From NCBI GenBank assembly GCA_965204395.1, contig OZ241987.1:767951-831950 (forward strand): a stretch of 64,000 nt of DNA, written 5' to 3'. Below the pieces are notes generated by a model, which was not told where the DNA came from, did no database searches, and saw only the letters and a program-made list of their open reading frames with translations. Numbering within the stretch: position 1 is the first letter of the stretch; every line of letters begins with the position of its first letter. A program made the translations under genes and the position numbers. The stretch is from Dehalococcoidia bacterium. GTDB taxonomy: Bacteria > Chloroflexota > Dehalococcoidia > Lucifugimonadales > UBA3495. Below are positions 21,994-31,635 of this stretch, one piece after another.

Positions 21994-22743
21994 ATGTTTA
22001 TCGTAGACTTCGCCCCCCTGGTCACCCGCATCTTGGCTGCCGCCCTGGTGGGATATCTCTTGGGCAGCATCCCGTTCGCGTACCTGGTGGCCCGGTGGAA
22101 GGGCGTGGACATTTTCGCGACGGGCAGCCGCCGCGCCGGCACCGCTAACGTCTTCTGGCACGTGGGGCGACGGCGCGGCATGATGGTTTTCGCTTGCGAC
22201 GTCCTGAAAGGCGCGGCTGCCGTCTACGTGGCCTGGATGTTCGGGCAACACGAACTCCTCGGTTTGGTCGCCGGCGCGGCCGCCATCGCCGGCCACTGGA
22301 AAAGCATATTCACCGGATTCAAGGGCGGCGACGGCATGGTCGTCCTGGTCGGTGTGTCTCTAGCCTACCTGAACTGGTTCGTCCTTATCGGTATCGTCGT
22401 CGGCTTCGTGGTCGTTTTGCTGTTCCGCCGCTCCGTGTTCAGGTCATCCATCGGAATCTTCTTGGGCTACGGCGCGATGCTTGCGATCAATCAATTCATG
22501 GGGCATCGCGGTTGGGAGGTAATGTTCGGCCTCACCGCCCTCGCGTTGGTGGTCATCACCCACAACATACTCACCCACGCAGATCACAAGCCGGAAACCG
22601 TGCCCGCCGCCATCGACCCCGATCTCCTCATCGCGGACACCCCTGAAGTCCACACCGAAGCCGCCGGCCTCAGCGAGGACGCCATCCTGCGCCAGGTTAT
22701 CCCTCCAGACGACGAAAGCGAACCCAACCTCCCTCCTACCTGA
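21994..22743 (+). CDS. plsY: glycerol-3-phosphate acyltransferase PlsY (acyl-phosphate dependent) with C-terminal extension
   Basis: GYLLGSIPFAYLVA...GSRRAGTANV...AGHWKSIFTGFKGGDGMV match the PlsY blocks. Multi-TM protein. Confidence 0.8.
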   Translation: MFIVDFAPLVTRILAAALVGYLLGSIPFAYLVARWKGVDIFATGSRRAGTANVFWHVGRRRGMMVFACDVLKGAAAVYVAWMFGQHELLGLVAGAAAIAGHWKSIFTGFKGGDGMVVLVGVSLAYLNWFVLIGIVVGFVVVLLFRRSVFRSSIGIFLGYGAMLAINQFMGHRGWEVMFGLTALALVVITHNILTHADHKPETVPAAIDPDLLIADTPEVHTEAAGLSEDAILRQVIPPDDESEPNLPPT

Positions 22744-22831
22744 GCGACTAATCCCCACCAGCACCTACCGGATTTTGACAACTGTTTCTGTATTACTTAT
22801 CCTTTTTTCATGATGGAAAGGAGTTGTCGCC

Positions 22832-23020
22832 GTGTGGGATAGGATATTCACCGCCTCGTTGGCTGCGTACTCTCTGAGTCTCGTTATTTTCCTCTTGGGT
22901 AATTACGTACTCGATCAAAACCCCATGACAATGACCGGCATCGCCTTGATGGGCGTGACCGCCGTCGCTATGGGAATCTCAGGTTTCGTCCTCGTAATGA
23001 ATTTGAAGATCCGGGGCTAA
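22832..23020 (+). CDS. hypothetical two-TM small protein
   Basis: 62 aa. GTG start 8 nt after GGAAAGGAG, in an AT-rich pocket (line 22861-22920 hand-counted at 43% GC). Confidence 0.4.
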   Translation: MWDRIFTASLAAYSLSLVIFLLGNYVLDQNPMTMTGIALMGVTAVAMGISGFVLVMNLKIRG

Positions 23021-23026
23021 TCCCGG

Positions 23027-23248
23027 ATGTTCTATCGCGACGCGGGGAAAGCAATCGCCGCGACCTTGATCTTGGTGGTCACCGTGATGGGAGTGGCTCT
23101 TTTTGCCGTTGTGATTCTATCGTTGTTAGACAGATTCACTATCGATAGGATTCTAAGCGTTGTTGGTGCCCTGGGAGCCTTCGGGTGGTTAGTTGGAGTA
23201 ATGATCCAATTGTTAAGGTATCTTTTCGGATCACGTGGAAATGGTTGA
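23027..23248 (+). CDS. hypothetical two-TM small protein
   Basis: 73 aa, starting 6 nt after the previous stop, with two hydrophobic helices. Confidence 0.4.
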   Translation: MFYRDAGKAIAATLILVVTVMGVALFAVVILSLLDRFTIDRILSVVGALGAFGWLVGVMIQLLRYLFGSRGNG

Positions 23249-23271
23249 TTATTGTCTGGTGATCCGCAGTT

Positions 23272-24468
23272 CTACGTCTGTCCACCGCTTCGCTCATCCC
23301 TCATCCGGGTCAAATCCAAAACCCACCCCAACGTCTCGTCCGACTCCGCCTCGGCGTACAGCCCCGGTTGCAACCTGACCGCCTCCGCTAACTGCTCAGC
23401 GCACTGCGCGATATCCCCGCGGTCTGCGTAAAGCCGGGCGGCGTTGTAGTACGCCGCCGCAAATTCCGGCACCGCCTGTTGCGACTCCAGGTAGTTGTTC
23501 AACGCTGCATCAACGTCGCCAAGACTCTCCAACGCCGCGCCCCGATTGCTCAGCACCTCCGCAAAGTCGGGCTGTAACCCCAGCGCGGAATCGTAATCCG
23601 CGATCGCCTCTTCATACTGGCCCAGGGCATCGTATGCGAGACCGCGGTTGTTTATCGCCTCCACGTCATCCGGGCGCAGTTCAATCGCCGCCGTGTAGTC
23701 GGCAACGGCCTCCCGATATCGACCCAAACGATAGCGGACCCTGGCCCGGTTGAAGCGAGCATCGGCGTTGTCCGGGTTGTACTGCAACGCCGAGTCGTAG
23801 TCCGCTATGGCCGCGGCGGTGTCCCCCATCTCGTCCCGCGCGACCCCACGGTTCAAATAAGCGTTCGATATGTCCGGCCGCAGCGCCATCACCCCGTCGA
23901 ACGCCTCGATGGCCTCAGCGTACCGGCCCAGGTTGTTCAACACGATCCCCCGGTTGTAGTGGGCTTGCAGGTAATCCGGACTCAACCCAATCGCCGTAGC
24001 GTAGTCGTCCAGGGCTCCAATGCCGTCCCCCAAGTCGTCCCGCGCGTTACCCCGTTGGTAATACGCCGCCGCCGAAAACGCGTCCAGTTCCAACGCTCTG
24101 GTGAGGGCCCCGACCGCTTCCTCGGGTTGACGATTCCGCAGATACGTCACCCCCAGGTTGAAGTGCACCGCGAAATCATTCGGACGCTCCTCGGCCAACG
24201 CCTGGTACACGGCCAGCGCCTCCGCATACCTCCCTATGGCAAAGCACCCGTTGCCGAATATCAGGCTCCGCGGCCTACTCCCCGCCGGCAGCCCAGCATC
24301 AGACTGCGCCAGTTGCTCCAGCAGCGATGCCACCTCCTCAGCATCCTCGCCATGCAACCGTCCTCCCCGGGGTCGCGGCGTCAACGCCGCCGTGCCCAGA
24401 CCCTGCCACTCCAACAGTCCCGCCAGCCTTCCCAGCAATCCATCCTGAATCGGATCGTTCATAACCAT
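23272..24468 (-). CDS. tetratricopeptide (TPR) repeat protein
   Basis: About eight consecutive 34-aa repeats of the form AxxxYxxAIxLxPDxxxAYxNRGxA. Confidence 0.85.
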   Translation of the reverse strand: MVMNDPIQDGLLGRLAGLLEWQGLGTAALTPRPRGGRLHGEDAEEVASLLEQLAQSDAGLPAGSRPRSLIFGNGCFAIGRYAEALAVYQALAEERPNDFAVHFNLGVTYLRNRQPEEAVGALTRALELDAFSAAAYYQRGNARDDLGDGIGALDDYATAIGLSPDYLQAHYNRGIVLNNLGRYAEAIEAFDGVMALRPDISNAYLNRGVARDEMGDTAAAIADYDSALQYNPDNADARFNRARVRYRLGRYREAVADYTAAIELRPDDVEAINNRGLAYDALGQYEEAIADYDSALGLQPDFAEVLSNRGAALESLGDVDAALNNYLESQQAVPEFAAAYYNAARLYADRGDIAQCAEQLAEAVRLQPGLYAEAESDETLGWVLDLTRMRDERSGGQT

Positions 24469-24573
24469 GCAACCTATCCCTCAATGCGAGGGAATCAAAA
24501 CAATGTTGGTGAAACCAACTCACGCTTGCCGCATCTCTGGCCACGCCGCATCCATGGAGCCTGGCCGTCTTCG

Positions 24574-25122
24574 CTAAAGCGTCGAAACGCGTCCCTCACC
24601 CATCTCCGGACGCAGCGCGATCTGGGCCAAGGCCAAAGCGGTGTAGTACGAGATGGTCATCGTGAGATCCACCACACCCCGGTCTCCCAGGAACGCCCGC
24701 ACCGCCTCGAAATTCTCGTCCGAAACGTCTTTCTCCCTGATCATCTGCTGCACGAAGCGTGCGATGTCCGCTTGCTGCCCCGCCAGGCAACCCGGAGCCT
24801 TGCCGGTGCGTATCCCCTCAATCGACTCGTCCGAGATGCCCGCCCGTGCCGCCGCCACCGCGTGCCCGGTCCATTCGATGCCCGAATCCCATTCCCGCGC
24901 CACCAGGATGATCGCCAGTTCCTTCAGGTCATCCGGCATCGCCGATTTGAACCGCAGCGTGGCACCCATCGACGTCAGATACCCGGCCGCCTCCGGGCTA
25001 TGTAGCAGCGCCCGGAATTGCAGGCTCACCTCGGCTGCGCCACGGTCCTCTCGGATTCGGTCGTAGATTACCTGCCCGTCTGCATCCAGTTCCTCTCGAG
25101 CAACATAGGGGACACGCGCCAT
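24574..25122 (-). CDS. carboxymuconolactone decarboxylase (AhpD-like) family protein
   Basis: ATG at 25122 lies 7 nt after GGGAGGG. LAIILVAREWDSGIEWTGH is typical of the CMD family. Confidence 0.65.
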   Translation of the reverse strand: MARVPYVAREELDADGQVIYDRIREDRGAAEVSLQFRALLHSPEAAGYLTSMGATLRFKSAMPDDLKELAIILVAREWDSGIEWTGHAVAAARAGISDESIEGIRTGKAPGCLAGQQADIARFVQQMIREKDVSDENFEAVRAFLGDRGVVDLTMTISYYTALALAQIALRPEMGEGRVSTL

Positions 25123-25220
25123 CGTCATTCCCTCCCAGTGGTTTGAAATCAGCATATCACAGGGCGGCCAGCCCACAGACTGCCCGTGCTCTTGGCGTCC
25201 AAATCAGTTATCCTGCCACT

Positions 25221-26498
25221 ATGATCAGCGATCTTTGGGTCATAGCCGCGACCATCGCCATCGCCGCGGGCCTGCTCGCCAGCCAGGCCCTGCTGATCGT
25301 GGTCGGCGTGCTGGTGCTGCTCATTTGGATCACGGGCAAACACTGGCCCCGTTACGCCTTCCGCCGCCTCACCTACTCCAGACGCCTGGAGCGCCGCCGC
25401 GCCTTCATCGGCGACGTGCTGGACTACCACATCACGGTCAACAACGACAAGCTCCTGCCGATGATCTGGTTGGACATCTCCGACACCTTCCCCCTGGGCT
25501 TGCAAACCGGCGGCACCTATCGCCGTGGCGTCGGCGCCGAGGCCGAACTGGACCACCGCATCACCACTTCTCTCCTGCCCTACCAACGGGTCACCTGGCG
25601 ATACCGGGTGCGTTGCCGCGCCCGCGGATACCACCGCATCGGGCCCGCCCGTCTCCGCAGCGGGGACATGTTCGGCCTTACCTCCGCCGAACACTACGTC
25701 TCGGACGTCGACTACCTCCTCGTGTATCCTCGCATCGTCGACCTTCGCCGCATGCTGAACCTTTGGGAACGCCCCCTGGGCAGTGGCCGCGGGCGTAGAT
25801 TCGTTCAGGACGACCCCAGCCGTTTCGTCGGCCTCCGCGACTATTTGCCCACCGACCCTCTGAAACGGATCGACTGGAAGGCCACGGCTCGCCACCGAAA
25901 GTTGGAGTCCCGCGTATTTGAACCCGCGGCAACGCGCTATATGCTGATTGCCCTCAATGCCCGCACCGGCGACGCCGCTTGGCAGGGCAGCAACCGCCGA
26001 CTCTTCGAGCGCGCCGTGACCGTAGCCGCCTCCGTAGCCGAATACGCCCGGCGCGAGGACTACACCTTCGGCATGGTCAGCAACGCCATCGCATCCTATT
26101 CCAGCAAGTGGATGTCCGTGGCGCCCGGTTCCGGCGACCTGCAACTGGAATCCGTCCTGGAATCCCTGGCCATGGCCGGCCCGTTCTGGGTCACCGAACT
26201 GTCCTCCGTCCTCCGCACCGAGTCCGAATCGCTGGCGTCCGGCGCAACCGTGGTTCTCGTTACCGCTCTCATTTCCCCAACCGTGATCAACGAGACCGAG
26301 TTGATCCGCCGCCGAGGACACCGGTTGATCATTTTCTATGCCGGCGATGGCGACCCTGGGCCCGCTGCCCGCCAGCTTCCACCCGAAGTTCCTCTTTACG
26401 TGGCCGGCCCGTCCCTCGCTGGACTCGAAGAAATGTGGCGCGACGATTGGCTGGATGACGAAACCGTTGGCGTCGGCCCAGTGGGAGGTCCGGAATGA
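25221..26498 (+). CDS. DUF58 domain-containing protein (MoxR-associated, vWA-like)
   Basis: N-terminal TM pair and the DUF58 signature SRFVGLRDYLPTDPLKRIDWKATAR. ATG at 25221. Confidence 0.75.
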   Translation: MISDLWVIAATIAIAAGLLASQALLIVVGVLVLLIWITGKHWPRYAFRRLTYSRRLERRRAFIGDVLDYHITVNNDKLLPMIWLDISDTFPLGLQTGGTYRRGVGAEAELDHRITTSLLPYQRVTWRYRVRCRARGYHRIGPARLRSGDMFGLTSAEHYVSDVDYLLVYPRIVDLRRMLNLWERPLGSGRGRRFVQDDPSRFVGLRDYLPTDPLKRIDWKATARHRKLESRVFEPAATRYMLIALNARTGDAAWQGSNRRLFERAVTVAASVAEYARREDYTFGMVSNAIASYSSKWMSVAPGSGDLQLESVLESLAMAGPFWVTELSSVLRTESESLASGATVVLVTALISPTVINETELIRRRGHRLIIFYAGDGDPGPAARQLPPEVPLYVAGPSLAGLEEMWRDDWLDDETVGVGPVGGPE

Positions 26499-27862
26499 CC
26501 AACTTCGCCCGCGCTGCGTTCGTCACCGGCATCACCCTGTTCCTAGAGGGGTTTGCCATCTATCTCCTGGGACGTTTGTTGTCCAACGCGATCCGCCTTC
26601 CCGAATCGGGCGTCCCGCTGGGCATCGCCATGATCGCGATCGGTTGGTCTTTCATCCTGTCCTGGTATGTGCAAAACATCCGGTTTTCGTTGAACCTGCG
26701 CGGCGTCATCGGCTTGATCGTGAGCGCCTTGTCGGTCCTGGTCCTGGCTGGCGTCAGCATGGGCGCCGGTTGGTTCCCTATCGGTCTCGTTTTTTCCGGA
26801 GAACTGAACGCCGTGGCTGCCCTCACTATCACCGCCACCCTGTTGTTGCTGTTGTGGTGGCGCGGTACTGCCATCGCCCGCGATGACGTAACCCTCGACG
26901 TAGTGCGAAATGCGTTTGTACGCGGTGTTGTCATCGTCATCGTAGCCGTCGCCGCCGACGCCATCATGGACGCCAACATCATCCGCCTGCCCGTGCTGTT
27001 CATGTTCTTCGCCATCGGCCTTGGTGGCATGGCCCTCAGCCGTTTCGCCATCGATAGTGGCGTCGGTCACATCAGCCGTGGCTGGCTCCTGGCTATCGTC
27101 GTCAGCGTGGTCACGGTCCTGTTCATTTCTCTCATTTTGGGAGCGCTCGGGGTCGGCGGCCTGGACGAGGTCGCCAAGGCCATCGTGCGCGGCATCGCTT
27201 TCATGGGCCTGTGGACTCTCCGCCCGATTTTGCTGCTATTGGGGTTGCTGGCCGCCGGCTTGGTCGCGGTAGGCAATTGGATCGCCAGCTTTTTCGGCGG
27301 GGGCGACCTCAGTGGTCTGGAACTGGCGAGGCTCCAGATCGAGGAGTTTCACGAAAGCTTGCGGGAGGTCGAAGGAGACGGCCCGCCCAGCGTCATCCTC
27401 ACCGTCATCAAATGGTTGGCCTTCTTGGCGGCAATTTCTCTGGCCGGTTGGGTCCTCTTCCGCATGTTCAGACGCCGCCGTCTCACCGGCGGCAACTACG
27501 CCGAGGGTGAGACCCGCGAATCAACGTTCACCCTCCAGACCGCCGGGCAGGACGTAGCCGATGCTCTAGCCGGCTTGCTTTACCGTGCATCCAATCTCCG
27601 CCGACGGCGCCCGCCTCCCGTCAATCCGCGCGAGGTCTATCATCGCATGCTGGACGTCGCCCGCGCCGTCGGTTTTGCCCGCCGGAACTCACAGACACCG
27701 CAGGAACACCGCCGAGAAGCCAACCAGGCTCTGCCCGACCCTCCCGTGGAACGCATCGTCACCGGTTTCCAGCGCTACCACTACGGCCCAAGATCGGAAG
27801 ACCCTGACCCCGAGACCATGCAGGGGCTCACCGACGACCTCGATCACCTGCAGCGCCACTGA
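26495..27862 (+). CDS. multi-TM protein with C-terminal DUF4129-like domain
   Basis: Start overlaps the DUF58 stop (ATGA). At least seven hydrophobic helices. The C-terminus TPQEHRREANQ...FQRYHYGPRS resembles DUF4129. Confidence 0.55.
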   Translation: MTNFARAAFVTGITLFLEGFAIYLLGRLLSNAIRLPESGVPLGIAMIAIGWSFILSWYVQNIRFSLNLRGVIGLIVSALSVLVLAGVSMGAGWFPIGLVFSGELNAVAALTITATLLLLLWWRGTAIARDDVTLDVVRNAFVRGVVIVIVAVAADAIMDANIIRLPVLFMFFAIGLGGMALSRFAIDSGVGHISRGWLLAIVVSVVTVLFISLILGALGVGGLDEVAKAIVRGIAFMGLWTLRPILLLLGLLAAGLVAVGNWIASFFGGGDLSGLELARLQIEEFHESLREVEGDGPPSVILTVIKWLAFLAAISLAGWVLFRMFRRRRLTGGNYAEGETRESTFTLQTAGQDVADALAGLLYRASNLRRRRPPPVNPREVYHRMLDVARAVGFARRNSQTPQEHRREANQALPDPPVERIVTGFQRYHYGPRSEDPDPETMQGLTDDLDHLQRH

Positions 27863-27880
27863 ATCCCGCTGCGCGCGTGA

Positions 27881-28945
27881 TTACCAGGACTTGAGCACCG
27901 GCAGCACCTCGTCGGCAAACAACTTCAATCCCCGCTCTGCTACGTCCATGGGCGTGCCGCCAAACCGGAACGCCACGTTCAACTCAAATTCACCCAGCAG
28001 AGCCCGCCGGTCCTCAAGCCCCCGCAGGATCTTGTCCGGCGTTCCCCAACTGGCGGCTTTCATGAATCCTTCCACCGCGCCTTCCAGGCCGGCCGAACGC
28101 GCGATTTCCGCCTTCTGCTGGTATGCGTCGTAGCCCTTCACCGAGCTGAAATGATCGCCGAGAAATTCGTAGTGATAGAAATTGCTCTCCACAAACTTGC
28201 CCTGGTACTGCCTCGCCTCTTCCTCGCACTGCGCCAAATCGGTACCACAGATCACGAATTCCGTCATCATCAGGGCCGGCGGTTCCGTTCCGTGAAACTC
28301 CCGGTGCAGCGCACGTCCCCGCTCGATTCCTGGCATCCGCATCTCCCACGGGCGATCCGCGAACATGATGATGTGCGCTCCCAACTTGGCGGCTGAGAGC
28401 ACCGAATCATCGCTCGCGGCGACGGCATAAATGCGCCCGTCGAACGAGTGCTGAGGGCGCGGCCGGATCTCCGTCCGTGGCTGCTTGTAGAACTTCCCAT
28501 CCCCCTCGATGAAGCCCGTCTTCAGCGCATCCACGATCATCGGCGCAGACTCGTCAAAACGCTCCCGCGACTCGTCCATGCTGATCCCGAACGTCGCGAA
28601 TTCCCGTCGCGCCAGCCCGCGCCCGAACCCCAGCCGCAATCGGCCGCCGCTCAGCAGGTCCAGCACCGCTGCGTTCTCAGCCACCCGCAGCGGGTTGTGC
28701 CACGGCAATATCACCGCTGCCGTGCCCACGTCGATTTGCGGATGCTTGGCCGCCACGTGCGTCATCAGGTGCAGGTTGTCCGGCACGAAGGAGTAGTCGT
28801 TGAAATGGTGCTCGGCAGACCACAGACAATCAAACCCGGAATCGGCAGCCAACTCAGCGAGGCGCAACTCCTCTTCCCACATCTGGCCGTCCGACCCGTT
28901 TTCCCAGCCGTAGCTGGAAAAGATCATCATCATTCCTACGTCCAT
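27881..28945 (-). CDS. LLM-class flavin-dependent oxidoreductase (second paralogue)
   Basis: FDCLWSAEHHFNDY...LPWHNPLRVAENAAVLDLLSGGRLRLGFGRG. 354 aa. Confidence 0.8.
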   Translation of the reverse strand: MDVGMMMIFSSYGWENGSDGQMWEEELRLAELAADSGFDCLWSAEHHFNDYSFVPDNLHLMTHVAAKHPQIDVGTAAVILPWHNPLRVAENAAVLDLLSGGRLRLGFGRGLARREFATFGISMDESRERFDESAPMIVDALKTGFIEGDGKFYKQPRTEIRPRPQHSFDGRIYAVAASDDSVLSAAKLGAHIIMFADRPWEMRMPGIERGRALHREFHGTEPPALMMTEFVICGTDLAQCEEEARQYQGKFVESNFYHYEFLGDHFSSVKGYDAYQQKAEIARSAGLEGAVEGFMKAASWGTPDKILRGLEDRRALLGEFELNVAFRFGGTPMDVAERGLKLFADEVLPVLKSW

Positions 28946-29206
28946 TCGATTACTCCTTCGACTTCATCCATCTTGTTGTGCGCCCGCAGTACGGGCACGA
29001 TTTACGTCAACAGTCAACCTTCTCGGCTGCCGACTCGCACCTCAACCGTCATCCTGGCCTCAAACCTGTAATTGCGGCCTTGAGCCGGAATCTAGGAAAT
29101 CGTTCCCCCATGCCGAGCTTCACAGCGCCCGGATACTCTGCCGGCTCATCCCTTCGGGGTTGGCACTGTACCGGCAAGCATGCCCGCCAACCCCGACCGG
29201 TTAGAC

Positions 29207-30049
29207 CTAGAAACTCGGCTTGACGGGATACGGCGTCAACTGCAACTCGTGCGTCCAGCACGACTTGTCCTGCGTGTACAAGTAGTAAAACGCCTCCGCG
29301 ATCTTCACCGGATTGATCAGCAGATCCGGGTTCTGCTGCGCCCGTGGCGTCGCCCGCGTCCCTGGCGAATCAATGGTTCCGTCGATCACCACATTCGCCA
29401 CGTGAACCCCGTGCTCCGAATATTCCTCGGTCAACGCCTGCGACAGCGTGCGCATCATCACCCTCGGATAGTACAGGGACTGCCCGGTGAAACGCTTGTG
29501 GCCGCGCAACCCCGCCGCGTTGTTCGAGAACAGGATGGTTCCCTCGCCCTTTTCGCGCATGGCCGGCAGGACTTCCTGCGCCACCAGGAAGGGCCCGCTC
29601 ACGGATATGTGCTGCGCCGTTTCCAGAACCTCGTATGGCACGTGCTCCAGCAACTCCATTTCCGGTGGGAGGTCGCGCCCGTCAATGTATCCGGCGTTGT
29701 ACACCAGAACCTCCGGGTCCCCGGCCTCCTCTCGAATCCGGGCGAAGGCGTCCGATATCGACTCCCTTATTGACAGGTCCAGCTCCACGATCATGCTATC
29801 GCCGCCCTGCTCCCGGATCGCGGCGTTCAGTGGCTCGGCGTTGGCGGCGCTCCGCGTCGTCAACACCGTGAAAAATCCCTCTTGCGCAAACTTTTGCGAA
29901 ATGGCTCCACCGACTCCCCAACGAACTCCCACCGGCAAATCGCTGTCGTCGATGTCCCCACCATGTACCAGGTGAGTATTCCGTCCGTCCGCCTGCCACT
30001 TGGATGTCGCCCCAATCACTACGGCGACTGGCTTTCCTGTCGTGTTCAT
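29207..30049 (-). CDS. SDR-family oxidoreductase
   Basis: ATG at 30049 gives MNTTGKPVAVVIGATSKW, a TGxxxGxG-like Rossmann motif. 280 aa. The upstream ORF extension to 30322 is rejected. Confidence 0.7.
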   Translation of the reverse strand: MNTTGKPVAVVIGATSKWQADGRNTHLVHGGDIDDSDLPVGVRWGVGGAISQKFAQEGFFTVLTTRSAANAEPLNAAIREQGGDSMIVELDLSIRESISDAFARIREEAGDPEVLVYNAGYIDGRDLPPEMELLEHVPYEVLETAQHISVSGPFLVAQEVLPAMREKGEGTILFSNNAAGLRGHKRFTGQSLYYPRVMMRTLSQALTEEYSEHGVHVANVVIDGTIDSPGTRATPRAQQNPDLLINPVKIAEAFYYLYTQDKSCWTHELQLTPYPVKPSF

Positions 30050-30310
30050 GTCTAATTCCTTTTGCAGAGATTTTGCGCTGACGAGCTCGCAGACGGCGGC
30101 ATGATTCCTGGCCGGCATGGCACACCACCAACGCCCCCACGATTCAGCGTAGCCGACCCGAACCGCCTCTGTAGCCTGCGATTCGTATAGATGCGCGTAC
30201 TGTACTACAAACGCCGGGCACAGTGGTAATGCCACCCGCTCATGGTAGGCCGGCCAAACCGGATCGCCCCCTTTCTTTACAGTCGGTAGAGTGCCTGATA
30301 AACATCGGTC

Positions 30311-30332
30311 GGGGCGAGGCATGCCTCACCCC
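30311..30332. repeat. GC-rich 22-nt near-perfect palindrome (family 4 element)
   Basis: ggggcgaggcatgcctcacccc pairs 10/11 around the GCATGC centre. Intergenic between the divergent SDR and pcm genes. Confidence 0.6.
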
Positions 30333-30401
30333 TACCCCTGCCCGACCCCCGCCCGAGGGCTACAGCGCACCATTCCGCGCCAAATCCGTTAGACTTTCAG
30401 A

Positions 30402-31091
30402 ATGGCCGACACCCTGGAAAACGCGCGCAATCAACTGTTGTCCCAACTCACCTCGGCGCTGGGAGACAGCCCGGTGATGCACGCCATGCGGGCAATCCCG
30501 CGCGAACTGTTCGTGCCTCCGGAATCGCGACATCGCGCCTACGACAACCGCCCGCTGTCCATCGGGCACGGCCAGACCATATCCCAACCCACCATGGTGG
30601 TCAGGATGACCTTGGCCTTGACCTTGCGCGGCGATGAGCATGTCCTGGAGATCGGCGCCGGCTCCGGTTATCAGGCCGCGCTTCTGAGTGCATTGCTCCC
30701 CTTCGGACGGGTTATCGCCGTCGAACGCGTACCCAATCTCGTTGACTTCGCCCGAAACAACCTGGAAGCCTGCGGGATCGAAAACGTGCAGGTTATCGCC
30801 GCCTCTGACATTCTGGGCGCTCCCGACCAGGGGTCCTACGACGCCATCCTGGTGTCCGCCAGCGCTCCGTCGGTACCGCCATCCCTCATCGCCCAGCTCA
30901 AACCCAATGGGCGCCTGGTCATCCCCATCGGAGATCGGCTGGGCCAAACGCTCACTCTAGTTCGTTTGTCTGGCGGCCGACGGATAACCCGCCGGCTCAC
31001 CGAGTGTCGGTTCGTACCGCTCTTGGGCCCGGAGGCATGGCCGGAGAATTTCTGGGATGGCTTGCCCCTCATGCCGGCCCCCGACCCGTGA
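30402..31091 (+). CDS. pcm: protein-L-isoaspartate O-methyltransferase
   Basis: GHGQTISQPTMVVRM, VLEIGAGSGYQAALLS, LKPNGRLVIPIG. Confidence 0.9.
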   Translation: MADTLENARNQLLSQLTSALGDSPVMHAMRAIPRELFVPPESRHRAYDNRPLSIGHGQTISQPTMVVRMTLALTLRGDEHVLEIGAGSGYQAALLSALLPFGRVIAVERVPNLVDFARNNLEACGIENVQVIAASDILGAPDQGSYDAILVSASAPSVPPSLIAQLKPNGRLVIPIGDRLGQTLTLVRLSGGRRITRRLTECRFVPLLGPEAWPENFWDGLPLMPAPDP

Positions 31092-31187
31092 TGCCGTCGG
31101 ACCCATACCCACCCCACCTCCGTATGGCATAATACCCACTGCCAGTTAATGCCGTCCCGCACCAATGCGGGACATGGAGGGACCCTT

Positions 31188-31589
31188 ATGGCCGGACAAA
31201 TCCAGATAACGCAGATCAATCACGTGACCACCATGGTCAAGGACACCGCCCGCGCGATGGAGTTTTACAACAAGCTCCTCGGCATCAAGCAGATCCAAAG
31301 CCAGGTCGACAACCCGGCCATCACGTGGCTCCAGCTGGACAACGGGATCATGGTCCACCTCATCGAGACCGATGAGGCTCCCGCCAAACCCGGCAACATC
31401 CACCACGCCTTCCAGGTCGACGACTTGGAAGCCACCCGCGAAACCCTCGAGAGCAACGGCTTCGAGCCTCTGCGCGGCGGCGTCCGCTACGACGGCCAGG
31501 CCTACTTCTTCATCGAAGACCCCGACGGCAACAGCGTCGAGTTCTGCACCGCCTCCGGTTACGCCCCAGCACCCCCTCGCCCCGCCTAA
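31188..31589 (+). CDS. VOC (glyoxalase/bleomycin-resistance/dioxygenase) family protein
   Basis: ATG at 31188 after GGAGGG. INHVTTMVKD...HHAFQVDD...FFIEDPDGNSVEF. Confidence 0.7.
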   Translation: MAGQIQITQINHVTTMVKDTARAMEFYNKLLGIKQIQSQVDNPAITWLQLDNGIMVHLIETDEAPAKPGNIHHAFQVDDLEATRETLESNGFEPLRGGVRYDGQAYFFIEDPDGNSVEFCTASGYAPAPPRPA

Positions 31590-31603
31590 CCTGCAAGGCC
31601 GTC

Positions 31604-31623
31604 ATTCCGGCGCAAGCCGGAAT
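31604..31623 (+). repeat. short hairpin element (family 3): 8-bp stem with GCAA tetraloop
   Basis: attccggc gcaa gccggaat, between the VOC stop and the aroK start. It translates as the VIPAQAGIQ-type string that I recall recurring as a spurious-ORF repeat. Confidence 0.55.
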
Positions 31624-31635
31624 CCAAAATCCCAC

